A DNA stretch of 64,000 nucleotides from Basidiobolus meristosporus CBS 931.73 (Eukaryota > Fungi > Basidiobolomycota), in NCBI GenBank assembly GCA_002104905.1, contig MCFE01000201.1:68601-132600 (forward strand), given 5' to 3'. Numbering within the stretch: position 1 is the first letter of the stretch; every line of letters starts with the position of its first letter. The notes beneath the pieces are model-generated. The model made no database searches, had not been told where the DNA came from, and saw only the letters and a list, made by a program, of their open reading frames with translations. Shown here piece after piece: positions 1 to 14,371 of this stretch. The translations under genes were made by a program, and so were the position numbers.

Positions 1-581
1 GCGAAGACGGTACTTTTCGCAAGAAATCTTAATCTCGTTTTTGCCGGGATGGTAGCGAGGGCCACAAAGCAAGAGAAGTTTGTGCTTTTGAGCGGCATCA
101 AGCGAGAGCTCGTCGACGTTGACAGTCAAGACAACCTTGCGAGCATTGGGGTGTTCTTCGCCGAAGTACTCAGTGCTCTTGTAGGCGACAATTTTGCCGA
201 CTGATTTAGGTGGAACAAAGGGTTTTTGGAATTCTGAAAGGAAGCACTAGGTTAAATTTCGAGAAGATAAGGGTTACATTGCTTCTGTGCTCGCTAGTAA
301 ACGGGCGGATACTTACTGGCAAGTTGAGGAAGTTCATATTGGGCTTTTTTCAAGTACGATCTCACGTCACGGATGTTCTCGAGCATGTTGTGTCCAAACC
401 AGGTATGATCGTTGAAGTCATAATCCGGAAGATCACCAACATCCTGCTCGGGAAGTTTGTTACCAGCTCCGGGTTTGGCGCGAGCGAGAACAGCCGGTGT
501 CATAGAAATATGACGCTTGACCACAGTGGTGGCGCCAACTTTGTATAGTTGAACGAGAGGAGTTTTTGTGAGGTTACTCAT
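1..581 (-). CDS. RSM24: Mitochondrial small-subunit ribosomal protein mS35 (Rsm24/MRP-S28 family); 3' end runs off the window
   Basis: Exon 1 (581-317) ...DFNDHTWFGHNMLENIRDVRSYLKKAQYELPQLA. A GTAAGT..CAG intron (316-234) joins in frame to KFQKPFVPP...EYFGEEHPNARKVVLTVNVDELSLDAAQKHKLLLLCGPRY, matching the remembered mS35 pattern. Confidence 0.85.
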
Positions 582-1376
582 TTATGCCAGTATTCTGTAT
601 TCACCAAAAGCAGAATTCAAAGTTAAGAGCGGGTGGCCAAAATACAAGCTTTGACTGGTGAATTTCAGTACTACTGTGGAGCTTCATCGAAAAATGGGAT
701 TGGCAGGGAAATATCTGCCCAACATGGGGAGAAAATCTCATGGATAGGGATGATGCCTCTTGATACCGAATGGGGTATGGTCCATCTGGCGAACCCCATT
801 TTCGTGATCTCTCATTAAGGGCATGATAGCTAAACAAGTTTTGGGTATTTGGCAATTAAAGTACAGCTCAAATCTCCTTGCTGCTGTACATAATTCCATC
901 GGCCAACCAAGACTAAACATTGCCCAGGCTTGCACAAATACGGCCGGGTAAAGGTTTTATGATTGCAGAATGTATACACCAGGTGCGGGCGCAAGATAAA
1001 GTCTTAATATATAAATTTATGTATACATATCCTTAAAAGCGCGGTTGGAGGTTAGGAATACATGAGGAAGTGAATATTGTGACGATTGTTTGGGAGTTAT
1101 GTGGCAATGCTCTGGTACTGGGAATCCATTTATTGCCGATAAATCATCCCAAACAAATCCAACACAATCGTTATATAGTTCGGGAAAATAAGTTCTAATA
1201 TGGCGAGTAGGGAAGCATGAAACCGCATATCTACATATATACCGTGGTGGTTATCTGGCTTTCTGGTAGCACTGGTTGACTGTTAGCTTTCACTACTGCA
1301 CAGGTCTTCTGTCCCTCCACTAAAGCCCTCGTTTAGCAAAGCCATTACGTTAATCTCAGAGTACTTTTGGCTATAC

Positions 1377-1397
1377 ATATATATATATATATATATA
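1377..1397. repeat. (AT)10 microsatellite
   Basis: Direct reading of the sequence. Confidence 0.95.
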
Positions 1398-1487
1398 CAT
1401 AGATACTATAGCTGTAGGCTTATTGTTGTGACATTGTCCAGATAACTGAGCCCAAGTTACGAATTGTTTCCTTGAAGTTATCAAGTC

Positions 1488-2419
1488 ATGATTGAACAAC
1501 CTACCTCCACTTTGGCCCAAAACATCCTGTCCCGATATTTTCGCCATTCCTCTACCTCTACCTCTTTCGACCCTGACTCAAAGACAAGCTGTGTAGCTTC
1601 TAGTACAACCAGTCGCTCAACCAAAACCGTAAAACCTGATAACTTACAAGATTCAGCATATCACCTTAGACGTCACTTGATAGGTAAACTTATTTGTTCT
1701 AGCTACCGAAAGGCCAGGCTCTGCAGAAATTCACCATAGATATGTATCCCTCTAGAAACTACTGCCAAGTTCGTAAACTGCTTATTTCAGTGTGGAAGAC
1801 CTAAATCAAAAGAACCAGACGAGCTTCCCAGACTAACCGACTTCATCTATCGTCTTTTACGTCGGACGAACCTATCCAACAACAACCTTTTGACCGCTCT
1901 GATTTACCTCATTCGACTCAAACAACGGCACCCAGGTTGCAAAGGGGCGTACGGCTCAGGGCATCGGCTGTTTTTGGCAGCCCTGATCTGTGCCAACAAG
2001 TATCTCCATGATGATGCTTATCACAATAAATCCTGGGTAATCGTGACGAACGGGCTATTCAACCTGGATGAAATCAATCAAATGGAATCCGAATTGCTGT
2101 TCTATTTGAACTTCAAACTAGTGGTCACCAAGAAACAATGGCTCGACTTTCTAATGCTGTTAGAGCCCAAAGTTCAAAAATGCTGGGCCCGCCACGGTTC
2201 TGTCGGCCCAAGTAACTGCCTTCTCGACGCTTGTACACTGAACATTGACTCCCCTCTAGGAAATCTAACCGATGGGAACGGTACGGCCCTTTATCCTTCT
2301 TCCAAGATTCCCGTACTAAGAGTTTGTCTTTGTAGCAGCTGGAGAGACGCAAACCTTGGCCATCTCAAAGCGATCTAAGCTTGACACGGTCATGGAGAGC
2401 TTGGACTTGGCTTTGTTGA
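1488..2419 (+). CDS. Pho85-type (Pcl1/Pcl2-like) cyclin, multi-exon
   Basis: Cyclin box LPRLTDFIYRLL...LLTALIYLIRLK...HRLFLAALICANKYLHDDAYHNKSW...FNLDEINQMESELLFYLNFKL. The last exon and stop were inferred manually. Confidence 0.85.
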
Positions 2420-2973
2420 GTGGAGGCAAAGAGCGACCTTCCAGCATTACTGGCTTTCCACTCGTGTAAGAGATCATATCCCTGAAGAAATGAGCACGCC
2501 ACCTCCACGTACAATACCGCCCAGCGTAAGCTGAGCCTGACTATAGTGCTATCATTTCTATCATATCACCCTAGGAATATGGGGTTCAGGCCCCACTATT
2601 CGATTGACTGTAAATGTGAATCAACAAGCAAATGCTCTAACCATTTTTGTAATAGAAGCGCATCAACATATAGATGTTTTCTAGGAGTGTATATAAATGC
2701 CACCTCAGTATTTAACAAAGAAATTAAATATAAACCAATTTCTCACAACCATGCTTACAGAAGCAGCTATATTTTAGTGGAGTACAGTGTTTGACATCGA
2801 CGTACGGAGCTTGCGTGGACCCGTGTCGCGCTGCCATCAGCTTATATTTACTTCACAAATACTATCCAAGATTGACATGATACGAATACGCTATAGAGCA
2901 CCGTGGTGCTTTACTCAGAGACTCTTGCCACTTTTGGATTGCGGCGATAATCATCTTTGGCTACTGCGCCGGA

Positions 2974-3956
2974 TCATTGATACTTTCGCTCACTGCCGCT
3001 CTTGGCTTCCCGCCTCTGCTGTGCAATGTCGTAGAACAGAGAGCCGTCGTACATTTTTCTGATCTGCTCCTTGTGAATCAGACCATCAGTCTGGACCAGT
3101 AAGTAAAGGGCGCCCCACTCAAAGAAGGCGGCCGACCTGATGTTTCTCTAGTTAAGATCTCCATAAGCAAGAACAGTAAAAGCGTTGCATCATACCATCC
3201 AAAGGGGTCGCCTGCATTTCTTGCTCCTTTCAGCATATCAGTCATCTCCCAGAAGTTTAGCGCATTCCGCCTGTTCAGATCGTACTTGCTAAACATCTCC
3301 TCAAACTTCTGGGGGACGAATCGACCCTAAAACCGGGGTCATTAGAGCCTACCAGGGGTGAAGAAACTTGCGCAGCGTACCTCGGTATCGTAGACTTCCT
3401 GGTCGGAGCCATGCTTGCTTTTGTGGATGTTTTTGGTGTATATTTTGAAGAATGGGCTGGGGATGAATGAATCTTGCGTAGGGTAGGCCAGCGCGCCATG
3501 GATAATGGCTACTGCGACCAAGCTGAAAATGAGATTGAATCCCAATTCGCGGAAACCTATTTTGCCAATACATTAATGTCCACCCAAGAGGCAACCCACC
3601 CAGAGCGCTTACCAAGGAATGTTCCGTAGGGTGTTATCACTCCATCTCCGTTTCTAAGACGAAAGCCGGTGAGATATCCGTCACGATACATAAGCTATGC
3701 TACAACCACTCCTACTTGTCAAAGAAATCAACATGCTGTTGAAGCACAGTGCGCGGGGGAATATTCTTGGAGCTAGTGCCGTCAGGCTTCTCTTTGCTGG
3801 CTGCGATGGAGACACGAGGCTGGCCTTGGAGAGGGTTGGTGAGCTTGAATGGAGTGTTTGTATACTGGAATTACCTGGGTTGTCCAGAGTCTTTTCGAGA
3901 TCGCTAGGAAGGGGTCGTTGACGCACCACGTCTGGAAGTGTGTTGTTGATCGCCAT
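2974..3956 (-). CDS. Caleosin / peroxygenase, multi-exon
   Basis: RTVLQQHVDFFD (EF-hand start), proline-knot region IIHGALAYPTQDSFIPSPFF, KIYTKNIHKSKHGSD, FVPQKFEEMFSKYD, DPFGW, IRKMYDGSLFY. Confidence 0.92.
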
Positions 3957-6501
3957 CTAGTATCAGTTGGGTTGGTGCTGTGTTCAGGAGAAAGCGAAAT
4001 ACTTTATAGTAGGTTGGAGGTTGGACGTAAGCTAGCCTCATCCAATTTGAGGATCTTCACATGTGAAAGTCATGATCCATTTCCATATAGCAAAGTTGGA
4101 TTAACTGGCATCTAACACAAAGACCAGTCATTAGATGAAATCATTGCATCATCCTCATTCCCTGATAGAGTGCACTTTTTGAAACCAATCACCCAATTGT
4201 CAGTCCAGCTGAACGTGTATTCAACAATTCGGCCCACCTCAAGCCTGGGTTCAGTCCATCACAGTCGTGTCGAGATGACGACTAACCACTCGATTCGGAC
4301 TTTGATAGTCTACAGACCAGCGTCCAAATACCTCCCACTTTATGTTGCCGCCCTAACACAACGTCATAGGGCGGCAAATATTGAAAATATCAATCATAAT
4401 AAAGCTTACACTATGTCCCCAGATTTAGTTGGTTTTGAGTAACCAACAAGGTTTCCCCATCACTCCACATCAATTCCCTGGCTGGAGTCCCGGGGAGAAT
4501 TGTCAGACTAGCATCTCACGTTTCTTGCTTATGGTGCTGGATTTGCCTACTATTGATGTTAAGCTTTCCGGAATATCACATGAATACCTATATTTAGTTG
4601 TCGCAGAGCTGATTAATGAGATCATTACTCCTGTCTATTGGGCCACTCAACATTCATTTGTTTAGAAATTTTCATGGGATATGTCTGATCAAAAGTTTGT
4701 GTAAAAGATACTGACTTTTCACCTTTCATTTTTAGTGCAATCGTTGGATTTATGATATTTGCTGATGACTATAGTTCAAATGACTTACTTTTGATAGTGC
4801 TGACTATATTTCTCTGGACTCCCACCTATACTACAAGCCCGTATAAGTGATACAGATCGAATGGGATTCTATTACTCATTTGCGTTGGGCCTAGAATATG
4901 TTGCAAGATTCTGGGGAGTATTGGAAGTGATACGGAGAACTAGAAGAATTGCATGATATTCATTTGCTTATTTATCGAGTTTAATTCAAGTACTTACACT
5001 TTTTAGAAGAACTTTGTAGAGCTAATGAAATGCGTGTTGTCTAATAAAGGTCACCGGATGTGGTGTGTATAACTTGCAGCTTTTCAATGATTGTGAAAAT
5101 CAAGATGACTTCCAGACCTTCACTAACTCAAAGAACTAGCCGATATCCTACGGACTAGATCTTGAGTAAATAATTCATAGTTTAGCAATAAACTTAATAG
5201 AGTCTTAAGGTGTATGAATAATTTAGGTGCCACCTCAGTTTATACAACAGAATAGTTGCATATCTTATGCTTCTACTCAACTAATTATTGGACATTGTAC
5301 TATGAACTAATGATTGGGTTGATGGGATGATAGCCAATACTTGAAGCTGGTGATATCCTGAAAGTAAGCATCATTCTCAAACTAGTTCAAATAGCTCCTA
5401 CCATTTCCACCATTGCAAATGATCAGTCCAGCACATAAATCTTCGTATTGTTGTTAACTTGTACTTACAGATGAAGATTGATATTGACCTAGCCACTTGG
5501 ACCATAGCTGATGAATTTTATTATTTTCCGATCCAAACTCTTTAGAAGTACAAATATCACTTCCACACTCAATAAACCATTAAGTGATTCGGAGCACAAG
5601 TAGATAATGTGGTTCTCACTTGATGATGTATTGAATGTAAAAGATGTATATACATGAAGGTTAAAAATACACCAACATTGAAGAATATATATTAAGCTAA
5701 AACTGACTCATCTACTAGATCTCCCAATCATTTCCAATACCCCCAGATTTCCCGCAGAAAACTTGAAAACCAAACAAAATGCTGTGCCCAGAGCATGAAG
5801 ATTCTTAAGGTTCCTCAAAGGTCCTCAAACTTTGCACACATGCTCTTAGGACCTTCCTAACCATATTACAAGCGCTAAATTACGTGAAAACCACATGATC
5901 TACCGGTTTCAATAATCACTTCCAATAGCTCGAAACTCTCACCGTATTATTATCTAAAGGCTTGATTATTTTAACCGAGCTTTTCATAACTCATGGGGGA
6001 AATATTTTGGGGGTTCTAGTAAGCTCTGTTCAAAGTTTTCGGCCTTTTGGGTAAGTTGCAATATACGTTCAAAGTCAATCCCAAATCACTATTCCAGCTG
6101 CTCTCTAGTCCTAGCCTAGATAGCATCCCTAGAGCATCATGTTTAGCCTACCCACACAGGTAATCTCGGTAACAAGTAGGGACAAGATTGCTACTGCCCA
6201 GGCCTGTTGGGATCTTATGGCAGCTGGCCAAATTTGGAGGTCATACTCTACCCATGGATCCAGCTACAATTCCCATTGAGTCCTACCATACTCTATTCTA
6301 TCCACTTCCTCTCTGCGAACAACATTGGAACACAAGACAACCCAACGCCAACGAAATATCGCTGATATGATGGGTAGGCGTGAGTGTTCCTCGGAACATT
6401 AAAGGTGGGCCTGGTGAGTCTGACAAGAGGTGATTACGGTTTATTCGGGAGTACAAATGATTAGGTTATACATGTAAAAGGAGGGGTCAATTTACGAACA
6501 C

Positions 6502-7571
6502 TCAAAGTTCTTTCTTGGCCGCTTTGGCCTTGGCAAGGGCTTGCTTGGCGCGGAACTTCTTGTACTTGAGGTCAGTACCGAACAGGTGATCCCAGAAACG
6601 GAACGAGGACGCGTAGTTGTTGACGAAGAACTGGTGGTGGTAATCATGATGGTCGGAGCCTGGGGGGATGGAAACTCTCGGGTTAGCTTAATGAATTGGG
6701 GTTTCAGCCACTAGGCTCCCTTACCGCTCCAAATTGGGCACCAATGACGCATCGACCAGGGGAAGTCGTATCCAGAATGGGAGTCTACCGCTTGCAACAG
6801 GCGACTGGCCATCCAGATAAGTACAGTGATAACATGGAGATCCCCGGTGCATGAAATCCAGATAAGGGGTCCTCCAAAGGTGCCCATGGCCAGAAGGATC
6901 GTCTCTAGAGGATGGGCATACTCCGCAGCCTGTAAACGTTTAGGTAAGCAGCGGGACTCCCGGGTCACGATAATGCCATACATACCAAGCCAAAAGGTGC
7001 ACTGAATTCGTGGTGGACCTTGTGAATGTACTTGTAGAAAAAGCTCCAATGGAAAAGACGGTGGGCCCAGTAATGATAGAAATCCTCGAACAAGAAGAAC
7101 CAGAAAACCTGGATCACGATTTGCATGCTAGACAACTCAGGTTAGTCCGGAACGGCTGGTCAGCAGTACGTCGCTTACTTACAGGCTTGGGAACGGATCA
7201 GTCACCTTCATTCCAAGCATCTGCGTGCCGGGATGAAACGCAAGGATCATTGGAAGCTGGATGAAATGGTTCTGAATAAGGACGCCCTTCAGGCATTTCC
7301 AACGTTGGGCACTTGTCACTGGCTTGTTCTAGTCGTTGGTTAGCATAGCCACTATACAGAATACTCTAGGTGTGAACGAGCTTACATCTTGAATCTTGTA
7401 CTTGTCCATGGCGGGGATGTGCTCAGCGATCCAAAAAGGAACGTAGCGACCATAATAAAAGAGTTGATGACTAACAAATGTGATGGCAGCAAGAACTATA
7501 GCGTGGTTTCTTCCTTCAAAGAGGGACAGCCACCAAGACTCAATCATTGAGGGTTGGTATTCCATGCTCAT
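6502..7571 (-). CDS. ERG25: C-4 methylsterol oxidase (fatty acid hydroxylase superfamily), multi-exon
   Basis: Histidine boxes [39 protein letters not shown] and DHHDYHH, then [17 protein letters not shown]. Confidence 0.92.
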
Positions 7572-8674
7572 TACAGTTCAATAGAGCAAGTTGGTAACAA
7601 GGAGAGGGGCGACTACAGTACAGAAGCTTAACAAAGCTAACGCAGCCAACTTTGGGATAGAATGCTGTGACCTTGCTCACACAGTCCTTTATAAGACGAA
7701 TGGCATTCCTGGCTAGAATGGCCCATCAGCAACTCAGTTCCGCATTTGGAATTAAGAAGCGTCTTTGAAATCACCCCGAAGGCCCTAATAGTCACAAAAT
7801 ATTCGGCTTTATAATGGTAAATGAACTCTATCAAAAAAGGGCGAATACTTGTTTTGCCATTGCTTATTTCGGTACACTCCACGGTCCTAAGCCGATTTAT
7901 GCAATTGGTAATATGTCAATCATGCTGATCTGTGGATTCCCTGAAATCTAGACACACTCCGACTCAGGCTAGAGCTCAATTGGATGCTCGTAGAGAGCTT
8001 ATCAGGTCAGTAGATTGCCTCTAGTTGAGCATGTCGGTTGCCCAGTTTCTGGAATATCCTTACCAATTCGTACAAATAGGTCAGTTTGTGGTACCAATTA
8101 CAAACCTGGCCTGAATTCCACCCTAATTTGATATACACTTTCCGTAAACAAGATCGGGTTGGATAGCAACAGGTATTGGCTCAATGAATTGATGGAAATG
8201 AATGCCACATTTCCCAGCCTATGCAACCCCAAGATTAAATTTGGGTGCTACGCGTGTGTAGCATAAATGGTGAAATTGGATGTCCCTTGGCTTATGCCAA
8301 GAAATCTCTATATTCATGCCTAATTTCAACACACCAAGTCTAGATCCTTGCGGGAACCTGCCTATTTGATGACATGTCTGGCTAAAGCTTAAATGGGAAT
8401 TCAAATTTTCCAGGACTGCTCACTCGAAAATCAAGGCTCCCGGGATTGTTCATGTGCATGGAACCGTACATTTCTGAATAGTGCATGCAGTAAATAGTTT
8501 GAACGCACATATTGCCCGTACACGCTGTGGTGGTTGAGATGGTGTCGCACCCTAACTACTCGTGATTAGCAGCATTAAGAGATGAATGAAAATAGGGAAT
8601 TTAATGTTGATAATCCACTAAGATTGAAATGACAAAAATCAATCGGGTTCACAGAGACAGAGATGCATGGATAC

Positions 8675-10517
8675 TCATTCTTCTTGCGAATTCCGTCTGG
8701 GGAAGTAGGCAGAGTATCGTTTATTCTTCAATGAGACGCTTCCCAGGTCCTCACTAGTGCTCGCCCTATACAATTGCCTGGGGTTTATTGATTTGTGTCG
8801 CTCACCTCGGATGTTCTCTCTTCTTCCCTCAAACCCATTCACTGTGGTATTGGCGGATGCGGTATACTTGGGGCTCACGATATCCGAGTCAGGGATTGGA
8901 TACAAACTCTCTGGAAATAGTGCATCTACGTACTCTATGCAGAGACGGACCACGCTTCCCACAGTTCCGCTTCCGACGGTGCACATCATGACATCCACCA
9001 TCGGATTGCCACTACGCACCAAATTTGGAGACCATACAACTGCTAGGTTGTATGGAGTCATGAGATTTATGGAGCTTTTGGTAGATACATCATTCATAAG
9101 GCGGAAGATTTGGGCAAGTAGAATGAGCATTGGCTTAGAGAATGTCGGGAAGATATTGTTCCGGATGTAACGAATGGACTCTGTATCGTTGGAGCAGCTC
9201 TGCATCTCCCGGACAATATCGTAGATTTCGGCTGGGAAGACCGGGGTAGGTAACTCACGGAAGAACATCTTTAATAGCACAGCGGCAACATGAATTCCAT
9301 ACTCATTCAAATCCAACCGATTTCCTAAGTGTCGATAATGATTAATATGAAGGGGATTGGTACACTTGGTATAACCCTACCCCTATTGTAGATCTCTTTG
9401 GCCTCTTTCAGAGATGTTGAGGAGGGTGAGCGTCGGAAGATTCCTTCCACCTCAATACCTGTACGGCAAAATAAGCTTAAATGGCCAATTCATCTCCAAA
9501 TCGAGAATATAAGCAAACCGTTGGCTCTAACAAATTCGACGCATTCGGAAAAAAATTGCGGAATTCCCAATTCAGCATCAGGTCCCATCAATGTTTCCAA
9601 GGATACTCCAAACGCTTGGGGGGTGTAGGGGCCTTTGTCGTAGCTGCTAGGGATAATGATCTGCGACTCAAACTTAAAGTTATACCTATATCGGGAGTCA
9701 ACTACAGGTCAATAATGGCGGGAACCACGAATCGCGAATCTGGTATTACAAACTCGTAGACGGCTTCGGGTATTTGCATTTGCTTGATTGGCACGTAGCT
9801 AGCCAGCTTCGATAAAGTTTCGACATAAACCACTTTCTTTGCGAATTTTGGACTGAGATTCATGACTGTAAGGTAAATGAAGAGTATTCACATTGTTTGA
9901 AATATTAAATGCCAGCAACCTGATAACTATATTCATCGTATCCAAGATAAGTCGGGGCCATCTAGAAGGGTGAACGACGTAAAGATTCTTCAGGTTTTTC
10001 TTGTACCTGGAAGCAAAGTATCAGCATCCTTTTTGATAGTGGTTGAGAGTCGAGTGTCTGAAACTTACTTGCGACTCAATCTACCATAGGCCTTCAACAA
10101 CCAAACCCAGCTCGGACGAAATACTGCTCCGCCGGAAAAAAGCACTACCGTATAGTCACTTTCGACGAATTGGTCCAGTTTCGCCAAAATCAAACTGCAT
10201 TGAGGGTTGATATACAGCTCTAGTAACGAGAAGTCAAAACAGGTACGTACGAAAGGATTTGGTCGTAATCCATTTCTTTTGGGTTGGGTAGGTTACAAGC
10301 ACAGAAGACCAGCATCGGCTTACTCTCGAGGTCGACTCCTATAGAAGTATTTAGCTGAATGCCAGTGAATAAGTGTAATTTAGACTTTTTGAATACCTGA
10401 TTGATAGATTATCTTTGTGTCAACTAGCTCCGATAGCTCCTTTTCTGTGTGTGCCGAGGTTGTTGTAGCAATAGTGGGGAGCATTGAGCGCAAACCGCCG
10501 AAACTGAAACCGGACAT
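8675..10517 (-). CDS. CRAL-TRIO/BCH + RhoGAP protein (ARHGAP1/p50RhoGAP-like), multi-exon
   Basis: BCH-like segments DQFVESDYTVVLF, YKKNLKNLYVVHPS and KFAKKVVYVETL. GAP segments FGVSLETL, EGIFRRSPS (arginine finger), VAAVLLKMFFRELP and NLMTPYNLAVVWSPNL. Confidence 0.87.
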
Positions 10518-12339
10518 ATTGAAAGTGCTGAGAGAGGGCAAATGAACTCAGATGAAGATTGGTCTATGGTTGCTCTTAGAAATGCAGTGTGTTTATGTCT
10601 CGGCGTGTTGAATAGTACAGAAACTTTTCATTAACAAACTCAACGAACAAGTGACGGAAAGGCGCACTCGTTGGGCTCTAAATCCCACTAGCTCAATTAA
10701 AAATAATCCGCTTATATCGGCCTGCAACTTTTGGATCAATGCAGATATTTAATAGTTAAAGAATGGATTGCAATTTGTCATGCTGTGGAGTGTATTCAAC
10801 ATTCAATTGGCACGTTATCATTGGTACATCAGCACCACTTCTATAAATACCTGATTAGTTGTATGCGGGCGATGAGCACAAGGATATATATACTTTGAAA
10901 TCATGAATAGTCAGGGTCGATGATTCAGATCTCACCCTATGACATCATCATGATTTCGGAGCACCTGATACGGACGACCCATGCTTAGTTCGCCTCCATC
11001 AACTGATTCATCAGAGATGTTCTGCGAAATGCATTGTACATTTCCACCCTTGTGATCGATAGTGAGTGTGCTATCTGGTCTTGAAGCTGTCATCGGCTCA
11101 TGGTTCTTGCATATTAGTGGCCGAGATGCGCTCGAGGCTAAGCTGTATTTTGCCCACGTGCGAACACAGGGTGAAGGATAAGTTGCATTGGAACGTGTCT
11201 TCGCTACCTCAGTGCCACTGGTGGTCTGAGCATTCGCACCTGCTGCAGTATCTTTTATTGATCATTTAGGGCTAGTAGTTGCCCATTTCTATGAGCATAT
11301 GCGTACTAATGCTATATAGAGTTCGCATCCCCCTGGTAACTCAATTAATGCTTGTTGGAATGCCCAGGCCCATGTTACGCTTCCTATACTAATCAGAAAT
11401 ATAGGCTAACTATGGCGTAGTAGTGTATCCTTCGCTTTGGACGAAGCACTTTATATCACGCATCAGAGATCTGGCCTCTGCTACGCTCAGATATGGTTTT
11501 CAGTATCGCTCTCCAAATTAGGCAGTCGCAGTTCGACCCTCAATAATCTAGATCGGGGGTCTTCACGGACGAATCGAGTGGCAAGACTGGGCATCACTGC
11601 ACACCATTAAATTGATGTTGGTATTGATCAGCAGCGATACATTGATCTCCTGTATGACTGAATCTTTACACCTTGGTCGTTGATATGCCCACAACAGCGT
11701 TAATAGTTTGTTCCTTCAAGCTATCTTCTCGGGGATTTAGCAATATGCAGTCAATCAGACCAGTTCCACGACTTGACATGAGTGTACACCTCAGCGCGGC
11801 AATTCCAAATGAATATAATAGAAAAAGCGGAGATTTCTGGTATGATGGTGATCGCCTTGGATTGTGACTGCAGATTTTAAATTGTGCTCACAAATGGGGA
11901 TCGGGCCATTAGGAATAATCAGAGTTGCTGGATGGCCGATTGTCAACAATACCATGGTAGCTTGCGAAGTAAGGAAAATGAAGAATTGCCACACACAACG
12001 CTCCGGTTCAATGGTCCACATTGTATGCAAACTCTCTTCTCAATTCCCGATCCAATCAGGCGGTCAATTGTGTGAATAGCTAAATGTACCTAACGCATCT
12101 ACTTCCAAGCTTATTTATTATACCTCATACCCCACTGCCCACCTTTCTCTGTTTGATTTCAAGCTTGACATACATTCTATCTTTTGCACAATATTAACCT
12201 TCCTAACTAAAGTGTTCTCTAACTGACTGAGGAAATCCTTGCTCAACCATTATCTATTCCATTGCCAATCGCCTTTTTGTCTCTAACTGGTCTTTCAAAA
12301 CAATAGCACCTTTGGCTGCTTTGATACAGTAAATCTATA

Positions 12340-13945
12340 ATGCGACTGCCAAGTGTCGCTGGGGTAGGAGTCAATTACTTTTATCTCTGCTTTAGTGTGT
12401 ATATTGTCAGGGCTTTACCAAGTCTCGGCCATCTTGATCCCCAGGACACATATCTAAAGCGGGATGGTAGAGTCATTCACATACATCCCTATGCCTTTCC
12501 CTATTGAAGGACAGCTCATGAAATTTTTCATTTAGTGGCATCTTTAACCGAGCAATGTGGGCCAGATATCTATTGTTTACCAAAATTCAACACCACGTGG
12601 ACGATGGGTAGTGTGGGCTTGCTACGGTGGAACTCCAATTACCCCACATTCAAAGTCCAAGGGCACGTGGACATTCGATTGTACGAAATGACCAACCCCC
12701 GAAAGCCAGTCAAAGAATGGCTGGATATCACCAACGACGAAGGATTATGGTCCGTAAAGCTGGATCATAGCAGTGGGATATTTCCCGAGTATTTCAAGCG
12801 TCCAAAAAACACGACAGTGGTCAGGAATTATCGCTTCTTGGTAACTGTCAAAGATGACTTAACTGAGGGGAGGCAGAAAGGCCCGATTTTTAATATAGAA
12901 GGTGAAGTTCTCAACCAATACCTCGGCATGTCAGTTTCGCTTCATTGAGTCTGACCCTAACATCTCCTAGATCCTCCTCCACCTGAGGAAGTAAACCCAA
13001 CCTCTGCAAACGCTTTGCATTTCGCCATACCTATAGCAAACCACTCGCTGCTGCTGCACCCAAGCAAGATTAATCAGAGTGCAACTGCAGCAGTGTCAGC
13101 CTCACCAACTGGTGCAACATCCACAGCAGCGTACCCTACTAACGAACCCAAAAAAACCTCTAATATCGAACTGATTCATACAAACTCTATTTTAAACGCG
13201 CGCCCAGATCAGAGCTCGCCCTTCGATTTGTCCCTCAACACGGTTATAGGGATCACGGCGAGTGTATTAGCAGGCCTAATACTTCTCATTGGATATCCTT
13301 TGCATACAGTGCTGAATCCCACTAGCAATTATCCCAAGTCTTTAGCCTTAACTCCACAACACTCTAACCTATTGCCTTGTGCGTCGATATAACAAAGCTA
13401 ATTATTCTGCCACAGTAAGAAAATGGAATCAGAAGAATGGGAAATACACTATGGCGGAGAGTGCTCAGCAACGAAACACTTGTGACTTCTCACGATACTC
13501 TGTATCCGGTTATACAAGCACAGACGCTTTTCTGCCAGTTAATGAACCCGAACATCAAGAGGCTGTATTTGACACAGCTAATCAACCAAGTCCATGCATA
13601 CTAGCGGCTTTACCCAGCAGTCTGGTATCGGATAGTCACTTATCACCTACGGATGAGCGATCGAAGCCAATGTCTTTATGCTTGACCGTCAAGGATGCTC
13701 AACTGATTGCAGACACATACCGAAGATTACTCCGGAAACCCAGTTGGAATGAAGACGATATAAAGGAGTTTGGAAAGAGAAATACATATACAGACGAGTT
13801 GATGAGAAGGGAGTTGGAGGCGGAAGGGAAGGGTGTTAAGCACGTGAATACCGCCCCTACTCTTGTGGTTGTGAATGAAGAGCAGAAGGTCGATCGTAGG
13901 AGTATGATGTCGATACGAGAGCTGGAAGAGTTACCCAATTCCTAA
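12340..13945 (+). CDS. Uncharacterised type I single-pass membrane protein (signal peptide, ectodomain, Ser/Thr stalk, TM, cytoplasmic tail)
   Basis: Exon 1 MRLPSVAGVGVNYFYLCFSVYIVRA splices in phase to VASLTEQC. S/T/A-rich stalk, TM VIGITASVLAGLILLIG, basic stop-transfer RRYNK, and tail motif LTVKDAQLIADTYRRLLRKPSW. Confidence 0.7.
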
Positions 13946-14371
13946 CGATGGTTGCCGTATCTTTCACTCAGAAGAACGGTGATCTAAACTAGTTCACTCA
14001 CTTCCTGTGCTCAGGCTGTCATATAACATAATTTTTAATCGATCCTTCTTGGGGAGCTTCACTTGTCTTTTCTACACTATACACACTTTATTATTATTGA
14101 TCTTTGGAGCAAGCCTTTTTCTCGAATGTCGTCTTCTAGAGTAGACCAGCCGTTGTGAATACAAAGTGCATACTGTGCCCTAGAATAAACCTTGGTATAT
14201 TTTTGCGGATAGCCGACTATTTTGCTAAGGGGTTAATACCCCTGATGCGGCGGATACTTGGTCCGGTTTTGAACAATAAACGAACACCGAAAGAAACTTC
14301 CCACTTCATCACCGGTACGAAGAGGCTCATCTACGTGATATTAAGCGATAATTTTATTACAGATGTAGCTA

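Noticed and set aside
210-548. 112-aa plus-strand ORF
   Set aside because: Antisense shadow of the RSM24 exons.
601-935. Several short ORFs on both strands
   Set aside because: No recognisable motif or coherent splice pattern.
2787-3062. 91-aa plus-strand ORF
   Set aside because: Largely antisense to the last caleosin exon; no independent support.
4600-5700. AT-rich, stop-riddled stretch with a protein-like patch (GGNGRSYLN*FENDAYFQDITSFKYWL, minus strand)
   Set aside because: Probably an old relic, but I cannot assign a family or boundaries.
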